Source of the DNA: Eledone cirrhosa | Lineage: Eukaryota | Assembly (NCBI GenBank): GCA_964016885.1 | Contig: OZ024740.1 | Location: 403,372,001-403,436,000, forward strand | Direction of reading: 5' to 3' | DNA: 64,000 bases | Shown: piece by piece, positions 26,460-37,329 of the stretch | How the letters are laid out: each line of letters opens with the position of its first letter | Position numbering within the stretch: the first letter of the stretch is position 1 | The notes under the pieces: model-generated | What the model was told of the DNA's origin: nothing | Databases searched by the model: none | The model's input: the letters and a program-made list of their open reading frames with translations, nothing else | Translations under genes and position numbers: made by a program

Positions 26460-29169
26460 CAGAGTATTGAAGTTTGCTTGAAGCATTGTGGAACAATAAG
26501 TAAATATCTTTAAGTCGTTTGGAAGCCTCGACAATGCAAATGGGTAAATCTCCGGGAAACAAGGTCCGGTGGTGGAGAGAGAGATGTAAGTGGGTGTACG
26601 TTGAGATGCGTGTTGTGTATAAGATGTGTGAGATGTGTAGAATGACGGGAAGAGTATAAAGGATAAAATAAAAATAACAACACAAGAGAGAGTTACCTTG
26701 GGAGAGATTTATTAGTCCCTATATATTTCGGATTCACATCCATCAACTGGGGTTTTTTCCGGGGTGGGGGAAAAGGTTGTCTGTCGGACAAGTCCGGAAC
26801 GCGTCCTTCGCTGTTTGTTGTTTTGAATATCTGAGGTATTCGGCAGAGCGCGCGTGCGCGTGAAATGGGGTCGGTCGTACAGACGTCAGCGGCCGAATGA
26901 GGGAGTGGGATGGCGCTAGCTGCCAGTCCATTCTCTGCCTGTTTGTTAAATGTTACTGTGTGTGTGTGTGCGTGTGTTGTTGTCTCGCTTGAGTGTGTGT
27001 GTGTGTGTGTGCATGTGTTGTTGCCTTGTTCCTCTGTATTGGCAGTGTAGTATGTTCGTATGGTGGAATGCTACTGTGTGTGTGTGCGTGTGTGTGTGTA
27101 GTTGTCTCGTTTGCGTGTGTGTGTGTGCTGTGTGTTGTTGCATCGCTTGTTAACTTAAACCAGCCATCTCATTTCGCTTCTCTCTGATCGGTTGTTTATT
27201 TACGGTTGCAGTCGTTTGATAAAAAGCGCTTCCTTGATACGTAACGTGCCGACGTTTCTTTCAGTTGCTAGAATTGTGACAATGGGCCTTCCGTCTTTGT
27301 TTCCGCATTTGTCTATGTGTTTCCGGAAAGACGAGGCCCTGGTTTTAGTGTGTTCCTTGATCCGGATGTGCAAAGGTCGAATTGTGCTACCTATGTAGTA
27401 TTGGTTGCACCTGTCACATTCTATCTTATACACGACGTATGTGCGTAGGCAACAGTTCGCATGGCATATCGGGCAGTCTCTGAGGGAGCATGCGTCAGTA
27501 GATTTTTCGGGTTTCCTGGAGAGGCATCTTCGCAGGAGGGGCCCGAGTGGGCCAGGTGGATGTCGAGGCCCTCCCTCCGTATAGCCTTGCGGATAGCGTT
27601 GGTGGTTTTCTCGCCCAGGTGTGGCATTTTAAGGAAGCACTTGCCTTGGGTGCTTCTCTGTCTCTTGCATCTGGTGTCTCCTATTCTGTCTGTGATCGAG
27701 GTAGGGTACCCGTTCGTCTCCAGCACCTTGAGGAATCGCTTGGTATGAGTGACACCACTGTTGTTGAACGTCTCATAGATTCTGTTCGCCGTGTCTTGGG
27801 AAGATGTGAGGATGAGGATATCATCCACGTACCTTGAGAAAAAGGCTACGGCGTTGGGGTGGCAGGCGTTGAGTGCCTTGCGTTCGAGGTTGTCCATGTA
27901 AGAGATCGCTAGCACACCTGATAGGCTTGATCCCATAGGCAATCCCGAGGTTTGTTGGTATATTTGGTCAAGGAATCCGAAGTAGGTGTTGTCGACGACG
28001 ATGGATAGGAGTTGGTGGATGTCAGTGGTGGTGAGCCCGAAGCAGTGTAGGTCGGTGGATTGGACGCGTTCCATTAGTATATTGACAGCCGGGAGTGCCG
28101 GGACCGAGGTGTAGAGAGCGACTACATCAAGGCTGAAGGCGTATCTGTTATTCCTTCTGGTGTCGGGATCCATTTGATGCAGGCGCTTCAACACCTCCTC
28201 GGAGCTGTTAACGTGTCCCGGCAAGGTGTCTAAGATGGGTTTGAGTATTCTGGCTAGGAGCCAAGAAATTTTGTAGAGTGGTCCCTCCACGCTCGATACG
28301 ATGGGCCTGATTTTCAGGTCGGGTCCCTGTTTGTGTGTTTTCACGAGGTGGTAGAAGGCGGGTAGTCTGCTGTTCCTCGTGAGGAGGTTGTATCTCAGCT
28401 TCTTCGGGAGCTTCCGCCGGTCGCAGATGTTGGTCCAGGCGGAGTTGATGTGTTCTTCTATCTGCGCGGGAGTGATTCCCGTGACCTTGGAGTAGAGGTT
28501 CTCATCGTCAAGGTGTTGGAGGGCCAGGGTGTTGTAGGCCTCTCTGCTGATGACGCAGAATTCTTTTCCCTTGTCGGAGGGGAGATAGATGAGGTTCTTC
28601 GATTTTAGGTTGGAGAGAGTGGTGAGTTGAGATTTGGTGAGGTTATGTGTTGTGCGTGTGTGTGTGTGTTTGTGAAGTATATCCGAGATGGAGTGTTTTA
28701 GCCTGATGAGTTTAGTGTCGAGTTCGTGGTTGGTGGGTGGGGGGTGGAGTGGGTTGTCGGGGTGGTAAGTGGGGAACTTGGGGTGGGTTGCGTCGGCGCT
28801 GTTATTTTCTGTGGCGCTGTTGATGGCGGTCACCCATTTAAGTTGGTAAGCGGCTCGACAAATGTTGGCCTCGATGTTGAGTTTGAGTCTGTCGTCGAGA
28901 CGTTGTGTGACGATGAACTTAGGTCCGAGGTGTAGGAGTTTCAGCTCGTCGCTCGTGAGAGTGCCGGTTAGGTCGGTGACCAGGTGCGTCGCATCGTTGA
29001 GGTATGGCTCGGTGTTGGTGGTTGCGGCGGTGGCGGTTGTTAAGTTGTTGTTTTCCACGTGGTTCTGGTCCGTCTGTTCGTTAGTGTCGATGTTCTCGTT
29101 GTGGCGTTTCGACAAGATCCACTCATATTTTCGCTTGAGCCGTTTTTTCTCATATTGGACTCTGTCCAA
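26460..29169 (-). mobile_element. Penelope-like retroelement 1 (RT + GIY-YIG), 5'-truncated and inactive
   Basis: ORF 27421-29169 has LGPKF, LPSDKG, Y.L.KTHK...RPIVS, SLDVVALYT, GLPMGS and RYVDD. A frameshift leads into a Cys linker (CSLRDCPICHANCC) and GIY-YIG (VYKIEC..C...YIGST.R.L..RIKEH, 27200-27433). The thumb region looks deleted. Flanked by (TA)n. Confidence 0.93.
26717..26752 (-). ncRNA. Variant hammerhead-like motif in the 3' region of PLE-1
   Basis: CCC-CAGUUGA-U-GGAU GUGA AUCC-GAAA-UAUA-UA|GGG. Hammerhead geometry, but the core differs from CUGAUGA at two positions. Confidence 0.45.
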
Positions 29170-29206
29170 TATATATATAAATATATATATGGGTGCCTAT
29201 GTATGA

Positions 29207-29257
<51 letters not shown>

Positions 29258-30583
29258 ATGATGATGATGATGATATATAACCTAATCAAGCTAGGTCAAG
29301 AGGGTGACTTTTGGGACATCCTGCAGAAGAAAATTCAAAACCCATCAAAGGGCAGAGGAATTCATATGATCAACAGCTATCTAAAAGTGTACTCGGAGAG
29401 GGAGGATCTGGGAGAAAACCTGAAGATGAATCAGTAGCTGGTCATCCTAACCTATAGTGGGCCATTGGCTTTTCCTGCTGGTTTTGTCCAAAAAATGGGC
29501 ATGGTTAGGTACAACCACTCCCATTATAAATAAATTCACACAGACCTGTGACAAGAGGGAGAGCTATGATGGTACAAGCTGGAAGTACATAGCAGCAAAC
29601 CCACATGTAGGCAACTTGGGATATTGGTTGTTTTGTCTCTAAATGTAAGCAATCATATGACTCAGCAACACTCTAAGTGACTGAGCAGCCTTTTCCAGGG
29701 ATAGCACTGCTCACCTACTAACCAGGAGGGACCTAGAAAAGGTAGTCTAAACAAAGCTAGCCAGCAACCCATGGTTCAGTTATGTCAGAGAAATACTTGT
29801 AATGGAAATGAAATGAATAATTGTTTCTACTTTTGGCACAAGGCCAGCAATTATCCAGTGTATTACTGGTGCTTTATTTCATCGACCCCGTAAGGATGAA
29901 AGGAAAAGTTAACCTCGGTGGGATTTGAACTCAGAATGGCAAGGGCCATTACTCTAAGTGTCAAAGCATGGCGTCCGACCCTCAACCAAGACAAACAATG
30001 GACAAAATACATCTTCAATAACATCTTTGAAAATTGCATCCTGGAAAGTGTGCACTCTATTGGATTTACCAGGCTCAATTCATCCTGAACGTCAAACTGT
30101 TCTCATCTGTAAAGAGTTCCATTGATATCCACTGGATATTGTCACTCTCTCTGAAACACGGCTAACTGAGAATGGTCAGATTAAGGTACCAAGCTGAGGA
30201 TACACCTTATTCTACAAAGGTCAACCAGAAAAAGAGTGAAACACAGTCCTTCAACCTGGATCTCTCACAATGGTACAACCTGGCCTACCTATGCTAGCAT
30301 GGAAAATGGGCGTTAAACGATGATGATGATGATGATATATATATATATATATAATAAATATATATATAATAAATATATTGTTATACTTGGGGAGGGTCAT
30401 ATTTGTGTAATATTGCCAGAATTAATAACAGAACACACTCACTGTTTGGTTGGTTTTCGCTTCTCGCTTCTGTGTCTTTTATATCGGTAATCTAACTTAC
30501 TCAGTCCTCAATGTTGCCATTGACTGACCGACGGTCAAAAATAATACAAATACAATATAGACACAAACACATATATATAGTTT

Positions 30584-30626
30584 ATCATAAATCTTTCGTT
30601 GCACATCTGCAACATCGTCAGTGGTG
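30584..30626 (-). ncRNA. Hammerhead-like motif in the 3' repeat of PLE-2 (second copy at 35054-35087, +)
   Basis: ACCA-CUGACGA-U-GUUGCA GAUG UGCAAC-GAAA-GAUU-UA|UGAU. Canonical core and perfect 6-bp stem II, weak stem I. Confidence 0.5.
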
Positions 30627-30864
30627 TTATATTTTCCTCCTGTTGTATTGTATGTCTACGCCATTTTTATTCAGTCTGTCTATATATTTATTTATTTATT
30701 TGCTTGTTTGTTTATTTTATTTTGTCTTCTTTGCGCATGCGTTTGCGTGTGTGCATAGTGTTTTGTTTGCTGTGTGATGGGTGACTAGTGTGTGTTTATG
30801 TGCTTGTTGTTATTGTGCTTGTGTATGTATTTATTTATTTATTTATTTTATTTTATTTACTTAT

Positions 30865-33654
30865 TTATACTTCTCTTAGGTCAGTGTTGTTTGTTTGGGT
30901 GTTGTTATTCCATTCATTCTTTCTGTTTAGCCTTGGTCTTCTAATTTCTATTTCACTGGCCTCTCTGATTTGCCTATCTGCTGGGTCATTTCTATGTTTA
31001 GATATTATTCTAATTTCTATGTTGTCTATGTTACCGTCCTGTTGTTGTCTAGCATGTTCGTATAGTACTGACCCGTTTTTTCGTCCTTTTAGTTCCCCCC
31101 AGTGTTGGTCTATCCTTTCACCTATGCTACGAGCTGTCTCACCTATGTATGTTGTTGTCATGTTTCTGCAAGTACCCTCTGTACATCTTATGCTATAGAC
31201 TACGTTTCTAGTTTTACAGTTTATCCGGGGGTTCATCTTACATATGATACATTTCCTATTGGTACAGTGGGTTTTCTTAAAAAAGTAGGTTTTGCTGATC
31301 AGGGATTTTATGGTGGTTCCTGGCTTTTCTACCACCTTTATTTTTAAGTGGGTCTTTCTCAGGGCCTTTCTACACTGGTTAGCTAATTTCCCTCCAGGGG
31401 TGGCGTCCACAAACATGACACTTTGGTATCTCTGGTTGTCGTACCATGAGGTGGCTTTCCCTATCTTATGTCTAGCCTTATCTAACCTATTCCATGATTT
31501 GCTCCTGTATAATGGGCAAATTCCTTTCATGTCCAGTTCTATGAGGGTCTTATACTTTTCCATGGCTCCTTCGTATACTCTGACTCTGTCTCTTTGGTTG
31601 TAGCCAGAGAACTGCATGCGGTTGATGAAGTGTTGGATGTGTCTTTCCATTTCTGTTGGGTCGCACATGCGGGACACATTCTTCATCACTCGTACCAAAT
31701 CTGCGATCAGAATATTAAACTTAGCACTACTGGACATTGCTGAGTTTTTGAGTATCAGGTATTTGGAGGCCATGGGTTTAGCATAGTGTGAGTGGAGAAT
31801 TTGGGCTCTCTCGTCTATAGTGTTAATCCAGAGTTCTGTGTCTAATACAGGTAGTCTATTGTTAGGGTGTTTGGAAGGGAAGTCGATAGTTACAGTTATA
31901 CTCTGGTGCATGGAATTAGCTATCTGCTGGATGCTTTCCATCATGCTACGTTCTAAATCAAACTTGTTAGTGCTCTCTAGTGGGGGTGTTCTTATAACTA
32001 TATTGATATCGTCTACATAACGAGAGTACATGATGAGGTCTACGGAGCTCTCATTAAGGAGATCTTTAAGTCTCCTTTCCCACCATACCATGAAAAGGTT
32101 GGCAACATCACCAGCTATGCTGACGCCGATGGCTGCTCCCTCATTTTGGGTGTAGATCTTCTCGTTGAACTTAAATATGTGGCCCTTTAGGGTAGTTTTG
32201 ATATTAGCCCCTATTGCATGTGCGACCATTTTTCTTACCTGATCATTGTTTTGGGGGGTCCGTATAGGTTTGGTCCACCCAATCCACCTTCCCATGGGAG
32301 TCTTTTTTGCCATTGAAGTTATGGTGGGGGGTATACCTCTTATAGGTCTACTAGGCCAGAAACATCTATGGTCATGGCTGTCTAGGTAGTCAGTGTCGTA
32401 GGTAAGTCTAAGTAGGAGGCCCAGTTCATATGTGTCGACGTCGCAGAACTCCACCTCACTCTCAATGATCATCTCCACACATCTTTTCACAGCAAAATCA
32501 ATGTTAATGGATGGGTACAGTGACACCACATCCATGCTGCCTATTATGCAGTTGGATAGGCTCCTGTTTTTGTTGCACTCACTGATTCTGCTGAGGAGGT
32601 CCTCTGTACTGTCACATACATCTGGGGACATCTTGATTATGGGGCGTATAACCATTGAGAGGAAGTAGGAGATCCTGTAGTTGCTAGCTATATTAGCTCC
32701 GCATACGGGTCTTGTTGGTGGTCCTGTTGTCGGGTCGTCGACTGTCTTGTGGTCTTTGCGGAGCCCATACAAGGGTGGTATGCCATTGTTAGATGCCTGG
32801 AAGTTGTTGGCAGTGCGTCTGCTTGGCTTTAGGATGTCAGTCCACATCATCATGTGAGCGTTGAGGATTTTCTCTCTCCCATCGTGTGTTTGTTGTGCAA
32901 TTTCGCTCGTGTTGGTGATGTGGGGTTGCATAGCCTCGATGTAGTTCGGCATGCTATCTATTGACATCCTACCGGACTTATCCGTGGGTAGACATACTAC
33001 CTCACCATCCCTTGTGCGCTGCTTGAGGCTAACCAAGCCTTCTACAGATTTCCTCCCAAGTTGTTGGGCCTCTGGTCTGCTCTGTCTCTTAGTATACCTG
33101 TCTACTATTTGTGAAATCTTATTTCTAGCTATGGTGAACTGTGCCTCTGTCTCGTCATCTATTTGTTGTGGTATGCAAACTCTTTTATTAAAGGGTAACC
33201 TCGTAGGATAGATATTACCCATCTTATATGTTTTGTCAGCTGGGTTGAAAAATAGTTTCTCTAAGGGGTTGTCATTATATCTATCGTCATAGTTGTGTGT
33301 GTTGCTATTGTTGTTATCATGGTGGTTGTTGTTGTTTCTATCATTAGCATTATTATTATTGTTATGATTGCTAGATGTATTGTTGTTTACTTCACCGTTA
33401 TTGTTGTTGTTGTTACTGTTATTTCTACCATTGCGGTTGTTACTTTTATTATGTTTCTTGTTTTTGTTGTGTCTATCATTGATGTTGCTACATGTACGAT
33501 TTCCATTATTACCACTGTGGTTATTGTTGTTGTTCGTATTGTTACCATTATTACTACTGTGGTCGCTGTTGCTGTCTGTGGTTAATGTTTCTATTATTAT
33601 TATTATTGTGGTTGTTGTTGTTCTGTCTATCGCTAGTATTATTACCATTATCAC
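30865..33654 (-). CDS. PLE-2 reverse transcriptase + GIY-YIG endonuclease ORF (true N-terminus frameshifted/truncated)
   Basis: LPTDKSG, LYGLRKDHK..RPVC, SMDVVSLYP, GAAIG, SRYVDD, LPVLD, Cys linker CTNRKCIIC..C, then VVYSIRC...YIGETARSIGERIDQH. Upstream LRLPPKF lies in another frame (33760-33900). Confidence 0.85.
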   Translation of the reverse strand: MIMVIILAIDRTTTTTIIIIIETLTTDSNSDHSSNNGNNTNNNNNHSGNNGNRTCSNINDRHNKNKKHNKSNNRNGRNNSNNNNNNGEVNNNTSSNHNNNNNANDRNNNNHHDNNNSNTHNYDDRYNDNPLEKLFFNPADKTYKMGNIYPTRLPFNKRVCIPQQIDDETEAQFTIARNKISQIVDRYTKRQSRPEAQQLGRKSVEGLVSLKQRTRDGEVVCLPTDKSGRMSIDSMPNYIEAMQPHITNTSEIAQQTHDGREKILNAHMMMWTDILKPSRRTANNFQASNNGIPPLYGLRKDHKTVDDPTTGPPTRPVCGANIASNYRISYFLSMVIRPIIKMSPDVCDSTEDLLSRISECNKNRSLSNCIIGSMDVVSLYPSINIDFAVKRCVEMIIESEVEFCDVDTYELGLLLRLTYDTDYLDSHDHRCFWPSRPIRGIPPTITSMAKKTPMGRWIGWTKPIRTPQNNDQVRKMVAHAIGANIKTTLKGHIFKFNEKIYTQNEGAAIGVSIAGDVANLFMVWWERRLKDLLNESSVDLIMYSRYVDDINIVIRTPPLESTNKFDLERSMMESIQQIANSMHQSITVTIDFPSKHPNNRLPVLDTELWINTIDERAQILHSHYAKPMASKYLILKNSAMSSSAKFNILIADLVRVMKNVSRMCDPTEMERHIQHFINRMQFSGYNQRDRVRVYEGAMEKYKTLIELDMKGICPLYRSKSWNRLDKARHKIGKATSWYDNQRYQSVMFVDATPGGKLANQCRKALRKTHLKIKVVEKPGTTIKSLISKTYFFKKTHCTNRKCIICKMNPRINCKTRNVVYSIRCTEGTCRNMTTTYIGETARSIGERIDQHWGELKGRKNGSVLYEHARQQQDGNIDNIEIRIISKHRNDPADRQIREASEIEIRRPRLNRKNEWNNNTQTNNTDLREV

Positions 33655-33914
33655 TATTTCTCACTTTCCTGCTATTGTTATAGTTATGGCTGTTATTTCT
33701 ATACTCAGAGTTATTGTTTATATTACTACTACCGTTATTATTGTTGTTGTTGTTTACCTTTGCATTCCAACATATTTTTGTGAAACACTTTTCCAGCTCC
33801 GTTTTGCACTCCATAGGGTTAATCTTTTTGTAGATGGCAAATTTTGGTGGTAGCCGCAGGATTTGTTGTTCTTGTTCACCGATTAAAGTGTTCCCATAGA
33901 TATATGCTAAACCC

Positions 33915-34823
33915 ATGGCCTCCAAATACCTGATACTCAAAAACTCAGCAATGTCCAGTAGTGCTAAGTTTAATATTCTGATCGCAGATTTGGTACGAGT
34001 GATGAAGAATGTGTCCCGCATGTGCGACCCAACAGAAATGGAAAGACACATCCAACACTTCATCAACCGCATGCAGTTCTCTGGCTACAACCAAAGAGAC
34101 AGAGTCAGAGTATACGAAGGAGCCATGGAAAAGTATAAGACCCTCATAGAACTGGACATGAAAGGAATTTGCCCATTATACAGGAGCAAATCAGGGAATA
34201 GGTTAGATAGGGCTAGACATAAGATAGGGAAAGCCACCTCATGGTACGACAACCAGAGATACCAGAGTGTCATGTTTGTGGACGCCACCCCTGGAGGGAA
34301 ATTAGCTAACCAGTGTAGAAAGGCCCTGAGAAAGACCCACTTAAAAATAAAGGTGGTAGAAAAGCCAGGAACCACCATAAAATCCCTGATCAGCAAAACC
34401 TACTTTTTTAAGAAAACCCACTGTACCAATAGGAAATGTATCATATGTAAGATGAACCCCCGGATAAACTGTAAAACTAGAAACGTAGTCTATAGCATAA
34501 GATGTACAGAGGGTACTTGCAGAAACATGACAACAACATACATAGGTGAGACAGCTCGTAGCATAGGTGAAAGGATAGACCAACACTGGGGGGAACTAAA
34601 AGGACGAAAAAACGGGTCAGTACTATACGAACATGCTAGACAACAACAGGACGGTAACATAGACAACATAGAAATTAGAATAATATCTAAACATAGAAAT
34701 GACCCAGCAGATAGGCAAATCAGAGAGGCCAGTGAAATAGAAATTAGAAGACCAAGGCTAAACAGAAAGAATGAATGGAATAACAACACCCAAACAAACA
34801 ACACTGACCCAAGAGAAGTATAA
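33915..34823 (+). pseudogene. Inverted partial copy of PLE-2 (thumb + GIY-YIG domain)
   Basis: The 302-aa ORF is nearly identical to the C-terminus of 30865-33654, with a few substitutions (W>G, K>R, L>P). Confidence 0.85.
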
Positions 34824-36329
34824 ATAAGTAAATAAAATAAAATAAATAAATAAATACACAAGCACAATAACAACAAGCACATAAACACACACTAGTCACC
34901 CATCACACAGCAAACAAAACACTATGCACACACGCAAACGCATGCGCAAAGAAGACAAAATAAAATAAACAAACAAGCAAATAAATAAATAAATATATAG
35001 ACAGACTGAATAAAAATGGCGTAGACATACAATACAACAGGAGGAAAATATAACACCACTGACGATGTGCAACGAAAGATTTATGATAAACTATATATAT
35101 GTGTTTGTGTCTATATTGTATTTGTATTATTTTTGACCGTCGGTCAGTCAATGGCAACATTGAGGACCGAGTAAGTTAGATTACCGATATAAAAGACACA
35201 GAAGCGAGAAGCGAAAACCAACCAAACAGTGAGTGTGTTCTGTTATTAATTCTGGCAATATTACACAAATATGACCCTCCCCAAGTATAACAATATTTGT
35301 TTCGACACACGATTTCATATAAAAAACCTCACAAAACTAATTCATCGCCGCTAATAAATATATAATAAATATATAATAAATAAGAGAGACGGTTTTATTC
35401 ATACATCTTTATTTACAAATAAAACTGACTCTCTTATTTATTATACTAAAACTCCAGACGTTACCTTACGGGAAAAATCCTAAGGAACAAAAACCGTGGA
35501 GTGCTTCACATCTGTTTAAGAATAAGTCGGCAGATTTTTAATCAACCAACTTTCTTCAATTGAATAAATAAATATATATATAAATAGTAATAATAATAAA
35601 TTTGAAGACTAAAATCCAAATAAATATATACAGGAAAAAGAATGACTTCACTTGATTTAATTTTATAATTGTTTCTACTTTTGGCACAAGGCCAGCAAAT
35701 ACCCAGTATATTACTGGTACTTTATTTTATCAACCCCGTAAGGATAAAAGGCAAAGTTAACCTCGGCAGGATTTGAACTATTATAATATTATGAGTTGGT
35801 AGATCTAGTGACAGACAGTCTGTTTCTCTCTTGTGAGCGTTTATCAAGACCACAGTGTGTGGTCTTGACCAACTCATAATATTATAAAATTAAATCAAAT
35901 TGTTTAGAACTACAAATGAAGTCATTCTTTTCCTTTTTTCAAATATACCTAACTGTACCAAGGATTTCACACATTTTGCAATATATATATATATATATCA
36001 TCATCATCATCGTTTAACGTCTATCTTCCATGCTAGCACGGGTTAGACAGGAATTGTCCCATTTGAGGCAAGATTGGTTGGGTGACCGTGTCTCGCTCAT
36101 ATAGGACTATCTGGCAGGTTTTCTATGGCTGGATGCCCTTCCTAACACCAACCACATTTACAGTGTGGGCTGAGAGCTTATTACCATGTTACCTACATGA
36201 CCACATTATATATATATATATGCATGTATGTATGTTTATAAAGAGATATCATAAAATGTAATTATATTGATATTACAAATATTACAACATCAAAAACTAA
36301 GGAAATATATTAAGAAATCTGTATCTTGC

Positions 36330-36517
36330 CTTTCTTTAATGAAACTGTTCTATGTTCTTTGCGAGATTGGTGGATTTTGGTCTTTTTGGAAATGAAATTC
36401 TGAAGACTGTCATCAAGGCAGATACGTTGGTCATACTTGCGAATTTCTAGTTGATGTTGTGAAATGTCTTTTGTGTGGCGTTCTTGGAGATTTAGAAGTT
36501 TTAATTGCGCTTCTTCT
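36330..36517 (-). CDS. ODAD1: ODAD1/CCDC114-like coding exon 5
   Basis: Acceptor CATTTTATCCAG, phase 2. (R)EEAQLKLLNLQERHTKDISQHQLEIRKYDQRICLDDSLQNFISKK...SLKK matches the REEAQ.K...L.E...KD...D..L..F motif. Ends at the GC donor AAG|GCAAGA, phase 1. Confidence 0.8.
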
Positions 36518-36541
36518 CTGGATAAAATGTAACAGCAAAAA

Positions 36542-36578
<37 letters not shown>

Positions 36579-36953
36579 GTCATCATCGTTTAATGTCCAT
36601 TTTCTACGCTAGCATGATTAGGACTCAACAATAATAATAATCTTAATTATAATAAACAAAGACCACAAAAAAAAGAATGTCTTTTAATTCATGCATCAAT
36701 CCCTACAGACAACAATATATCTACTGGGGAAATGGAGAAATTATCCAAATTTAAAGATATGGAGATAAGATTAACCCCAATATGAATGATGAAAAGAGAA
36801 ACAATACCTATAATAATAGGGGCTCTGGGAATGATAAAAACACACAAATATATAACAAAACCACTTCTGTTGACTGGCAAAGATTCCCGGATAGTTAAAC
36901 AGTTAAAAAGAAAGCGTAATTTCCCAGGTTTGATGACAATTTGAACTACTGAC

Positions 36954-37135
36954 CTTTCCTTGTAAAAATGTGTGGCATCAGAAAGCATGGTATTCCTAGC
37001 TGTACGTATGTTATTCAGTTCGTTTACCATCCGAGCATAGATTATCTCGTATGTTTTCCGTTCTTGTCGAATATCATCAATTTCTGTCCTCAGCTTCGTG
37101 TTGTGGGATAATTGCTTGTGGAAGTAAGCCATTTG
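36954..37135 (-). CDS. ODAD1: ODAD1/CCDC114-like coding exon 4
   Basis: Acceptor TTTCATTTATATAG. QMAYFHKQLSHNTKLRTEIDDIRQERKTYEIIYARMVNEL... matches the conserved N.KLR.EID.LR.ER..F..IY motif. Donor AG|GTCAGT, phase 2. Confidence 0.9.
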
Positions 37136-37329
37136 CTATATAAATGAAATAGAGCACTTATTGAATGAAATTGATGTTAAACATTGCATAAGATTTAATT
37201 GTGGTGGAGACATGATAGCCCTTTAATACATACATACACTGTTATATTCTTTTATGTTTTATTTTGTAAATGTTGTGTACTCAGAGCTGCTCAGTTCTAT
37301 GAATTTAGTAAAAGATGCAAAAGTCATGA

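Larger units (their letters stand above)
30375..35296 (-). mobile_element. Penelope-like retroelement 2 with inverted 3' duplication
   Basis: Minus-strand coding region from about 33900 to 30865 plus 3' UTR to 30375. A plus-strand 5'-truncated copy at 33903-35296 is nearly identical to 30375-31785. Inverted pLTR-type arrangements are typical of PLEs. Confidence 0.93.

Noticed and set aside
27461-34888. Antisense ORFs overlapping the PLEs
   Set aside because: Shadow frames of the RT/EN coding strand or of low-complexity tracts, with no recognisable motifs.
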